A DNA stretch of 24,938 nucleotides from Utricularia gibba. Its lineage: Eukaryota > Plantae > Magnoliophyta. The stretch's first letter is position 1. Each line of letters starts with the position of its first letter. Under the pieces are notes generated by a model. That model searched no databases. It saw nothing but the letters and a program-made list of their open reading frames with translations, and had not been told where the DNA came from. A program made the translations under genes and the position numbers. Positions 22,801-24,938 of the stretch are shown here, one piece after another. Location: contig NEEC01000423.1 of assembly GCA_002189035.1 (NCBI GenBank), positions 1 through 24,938 on the forward strand, written 5' to 3'.

Positions 22801-24938
22801 GACCGCCTCCTCAAGTATAAAGTAAGTTGTTGAAAAAATCATGTGGGGTGCACGTGATATCGTAATTTAAACAAAGGCATCATTTTTTTAATCATTTGCA
22901 TCCGGTTGACCTCATGAGCATACATAATCGGGGTCAAGGACCAAGTTCCCAGCGAGACTGGCCGCCACAAAACGAGAAGCTGTTCCTTGAAAAACATGTA
23001 GGCAGCCCCCAAAACTGAACGTTAATAAATACATCACTTTATTTGCCGAGCTACAACTAACTCTCGGCGCAAGCCAAACCTGACCTTTGTCCCGTTCTAG
23101 GTGCACCCCAAGACCGCCTCCTCAAGTATAAAGTAAGTTGTTGAAAAAATCATGTGGGGTGCACGTGATATCGTAATTTAAACAAAGGCATCATTTTTTT
23201 AATCGATTTGCATCCGGTTGACCTCATGAGCCATACATAATCGGGGTCAAGGACCAAGTTCCCAGCGAGACTGGCCGCCACAAAACGAGAAGCTGTTCCT
23301 TGAAAAACCATGTAGGCAGCCCCCAAAACTGAACGTTAATAAATACATCACTTTATTTTCCGAGCTACAACTAACTCTCGGCGCAAGCCAAACCTGACCT
23401 TTGTCCCGTTCTAGGTGCACCCCAAGACCGCCTCCTCAAGTATAAAGTAAGTTGTTGAAAAAATCATGTGGGGTGCACGTGATATCGTAATTTAAAAAAG
23501 CATCATTTTTTTAATCGATTTGCATCCGGTTGACCTCATGAGCCATACATAATCGGGTCAAGGACCAAGTTCCCAGCGAGACTGGCCGCCACAAAACGAG
23601 AAGCTGTTCCTTGAAAAACCATGTAGGCAGCCCCCAAAACTGAACGTTAATAAATACATCACTTTATTTGCCGATTACAACTAACTCTCGGCGCAAGCCA
23701 AACCTGACCTTTGTCCCGTTCTAGGTGCACCCCAAGACCGCCTCCTCAAGTATAAAGCAAGTTGTTGAAAAAATCATGTGGGGTGCACGTGATATCGTAA
23801 TTTAAAGAAAGGCATCATTTTTTTAATCGATTTCCATCCGGTTGACCTCATGAGCCATACAGAATCGGGTCAAGGACCAAGTTCCCAGCGAGACTGGCCG
23901 CCAAAAACGAGAAGCTGTTCCTTGAAAAACCATGTAGGCAGCCCCAAAACTGAACGTTAATAAATACATCACTTTATTTTCCGAGCTACAACTAACTCTC
24001 GGCGCAAGCCAAACTGACCTTTGTCCCGTTCTAGGTGCACCCAAGACCGCCTCCTCAAGTATAAAGTAAGTTGTTGAAAAAATCATGTGGGGTGCACGTG
24101 ATATCGTAATTTAAACAAAGGCATCATTTTTTTAATCGATTTGCATCCGGTTGACCTCATGAGCCATACAGAATCGGGGTCAAGGACCAAGTTCCCAGCG
24201 AGACTGGCCGCCACAAAGAGAAGCTGTTCCTTGAAAAACCATGTAGGCAGCCCCCGAAAACTGAACGTTAATAAATACATCACTTTATTTTCCGAGCTAC
24301 AACTAACTCTCGGCGCAAGCCAAACCTGACCTTTGTCCCGTTCTAGGTGCACCCCAAGACCGCCTCCTCAAGTATAAAGTAAGTTGTTGAAAAAATCATG
24401 TGGGGTGCACGTGATATCGTAATTTAAAAAGGCATCATTTTTTTAATCGATTTGCATCCGGTTGACCTCATGAGCCATACAGAATCGGGGTCAAGGACCA
24501 AGTTCCCAGCGAGACTGGCCGCCACAAAACGAGAAGCTGTTCCTTGAAAAACCATGTAGGCAGCCCCCAAAAAACTGAACGTTAATAAATACATCACTTT
24601 ATTTTCCGAGCTACAACTAACTCTCGGCGCAAGCCAAACCTGACCTTTGTCCCGTTCTAGGTGCACCCCAAGACCGCCTCCAAGTATAAAGCAAGTTGTT
24701 GAAAAAATCATGTGGGGTGCACGTGATATCGTAATTTAAAGAAAGGCATCATTTTCTTTAATCGATTTCCATCCGGTTGACCTCATGAGCCATACAGAAT
24801 CGGGGTCAGGACCAAGTTCCCAGCGAGACTGGCCGCCACAAAACGAGAAGCTGTTCCTTGAAAAAACCATGTAGGCAGCCCCCAAAAACTGAACGTTAAT
24901 AAATACATCACTTTTTTGCGAGCTACAACTAACTCTCG

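Larger units (their letters stand above)
1..24938. repeat. Tandem satellite DNA array, ~315-bp monomer (314-316 depending on homopolymer length), ~80-82 head-to-tail copies, same orientation throughout, truncated at both window edges
   Basis: The landmark AAGCTGTTCC recurs at about 314-bp intervals (16096 to 16410; 19540 to 19854), and ATGTAGGCAG recurs at 13621 and 13937. Every part of the window matches the same consensus, with no unique spacer, flank or inversion seen. Confidence 0.98.

Noticed and set aside
1737-24711. The ~55 short ORFs in the six-frame track (e.g. MHLERDKGQVWLAPRVSCSS..., MIFSTTYFILEEAV...)
   Set aside because: They are repeated translations of the same monomer whose frames change with homopolymer indels. 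Every frame of the consensus contains stops, and a continuous frame would need G-run lengths never seen in the copies. They show no recognisable protein motif or consistent start context.
1-24938. CRISPR array
   Set aside because: There are no unique spacers; the entire 315 bp repeats.
1-24938. Rolling-circle concatemer of a viroid-like or other small circular replicon (unit length falls in the viroid range)
   Set aside because: No hammerhead core (CUGANGA...GAAA) is present on either strand, and I recognise no viroid central conserved region. Copies carry linked, non-periodic haplotypes that one template would not produce. The internal 157-bp dimer fits satellite evolution better.
13150-24938. 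Strict higher-order repeat of n monomers
   Set aside because: Manual typing of ~40 clean monomers at seven variant sites showed no repeating period. For example, the two monomers sharing the 3-bp deletion 6 units apart have non-matching neighbours.
760-24938. Some minor alleles (CCACAAG, TTCCAGG, CATAA, CCCCCG) match the base in the sister subunit, suggesting A-B conversion
   Set aside because: About 4 of ~11 variant sites match, which is close to what chance would give; not supportable without a larger alignment.

Overview
The whole window (1-24938) is one uninterrupted head-to-tail tandem array of a ~315-bp monomer, about 80-82 copies by manual count, and both ends are cut inside the array. 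It contains no credible gene, RNA gene, CRISPR array or transposon; the supplied ORFs are frame-shifting translations of the repeat. Manual consensus: AAGCTGTTCCTTGAAAAACCATGTAGGCAGCCCCCAAAA(A)CTGAACGTTAATAAATACATCACTTTATTTTCCGAGCTACAACTAACTCTCGGCGCAAGCCAAACCTGACCTTTGTCCCGTTCTAGGTGCACCCCAAGACCGCCTCCTCAAGTATAAAGTAAGTTGTTGAAAAAATCATGTGGGGTGCACGTGATATCGTAATTTAAACAAAGGCATCATTTTTTT(T)AATCGATTTGCATCCGGTTGACCTCATGAGCCATACAGAATCGGGGTCAAGGACCAAGTTCCCAGCGAGACTGGCCGCCACAAAACGAG (~45% GC). The main hidden structure is that each monomer is an old, diverged dimer of two ~157-bp (nucleosome-sized) subunits, which points to eukaryotic satellite DNA, possibly centromeric or subtelomeric. Monomers carry recurring, linked substitution haplotypes in local domains without a strict higher-order period. 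This argues for a real genomic array rather than a rolling-circle concatemer of one template. The indel pattern looks like an uncorrected long read. I cannot assign the satellite to a named family or organism from the sequence alone.
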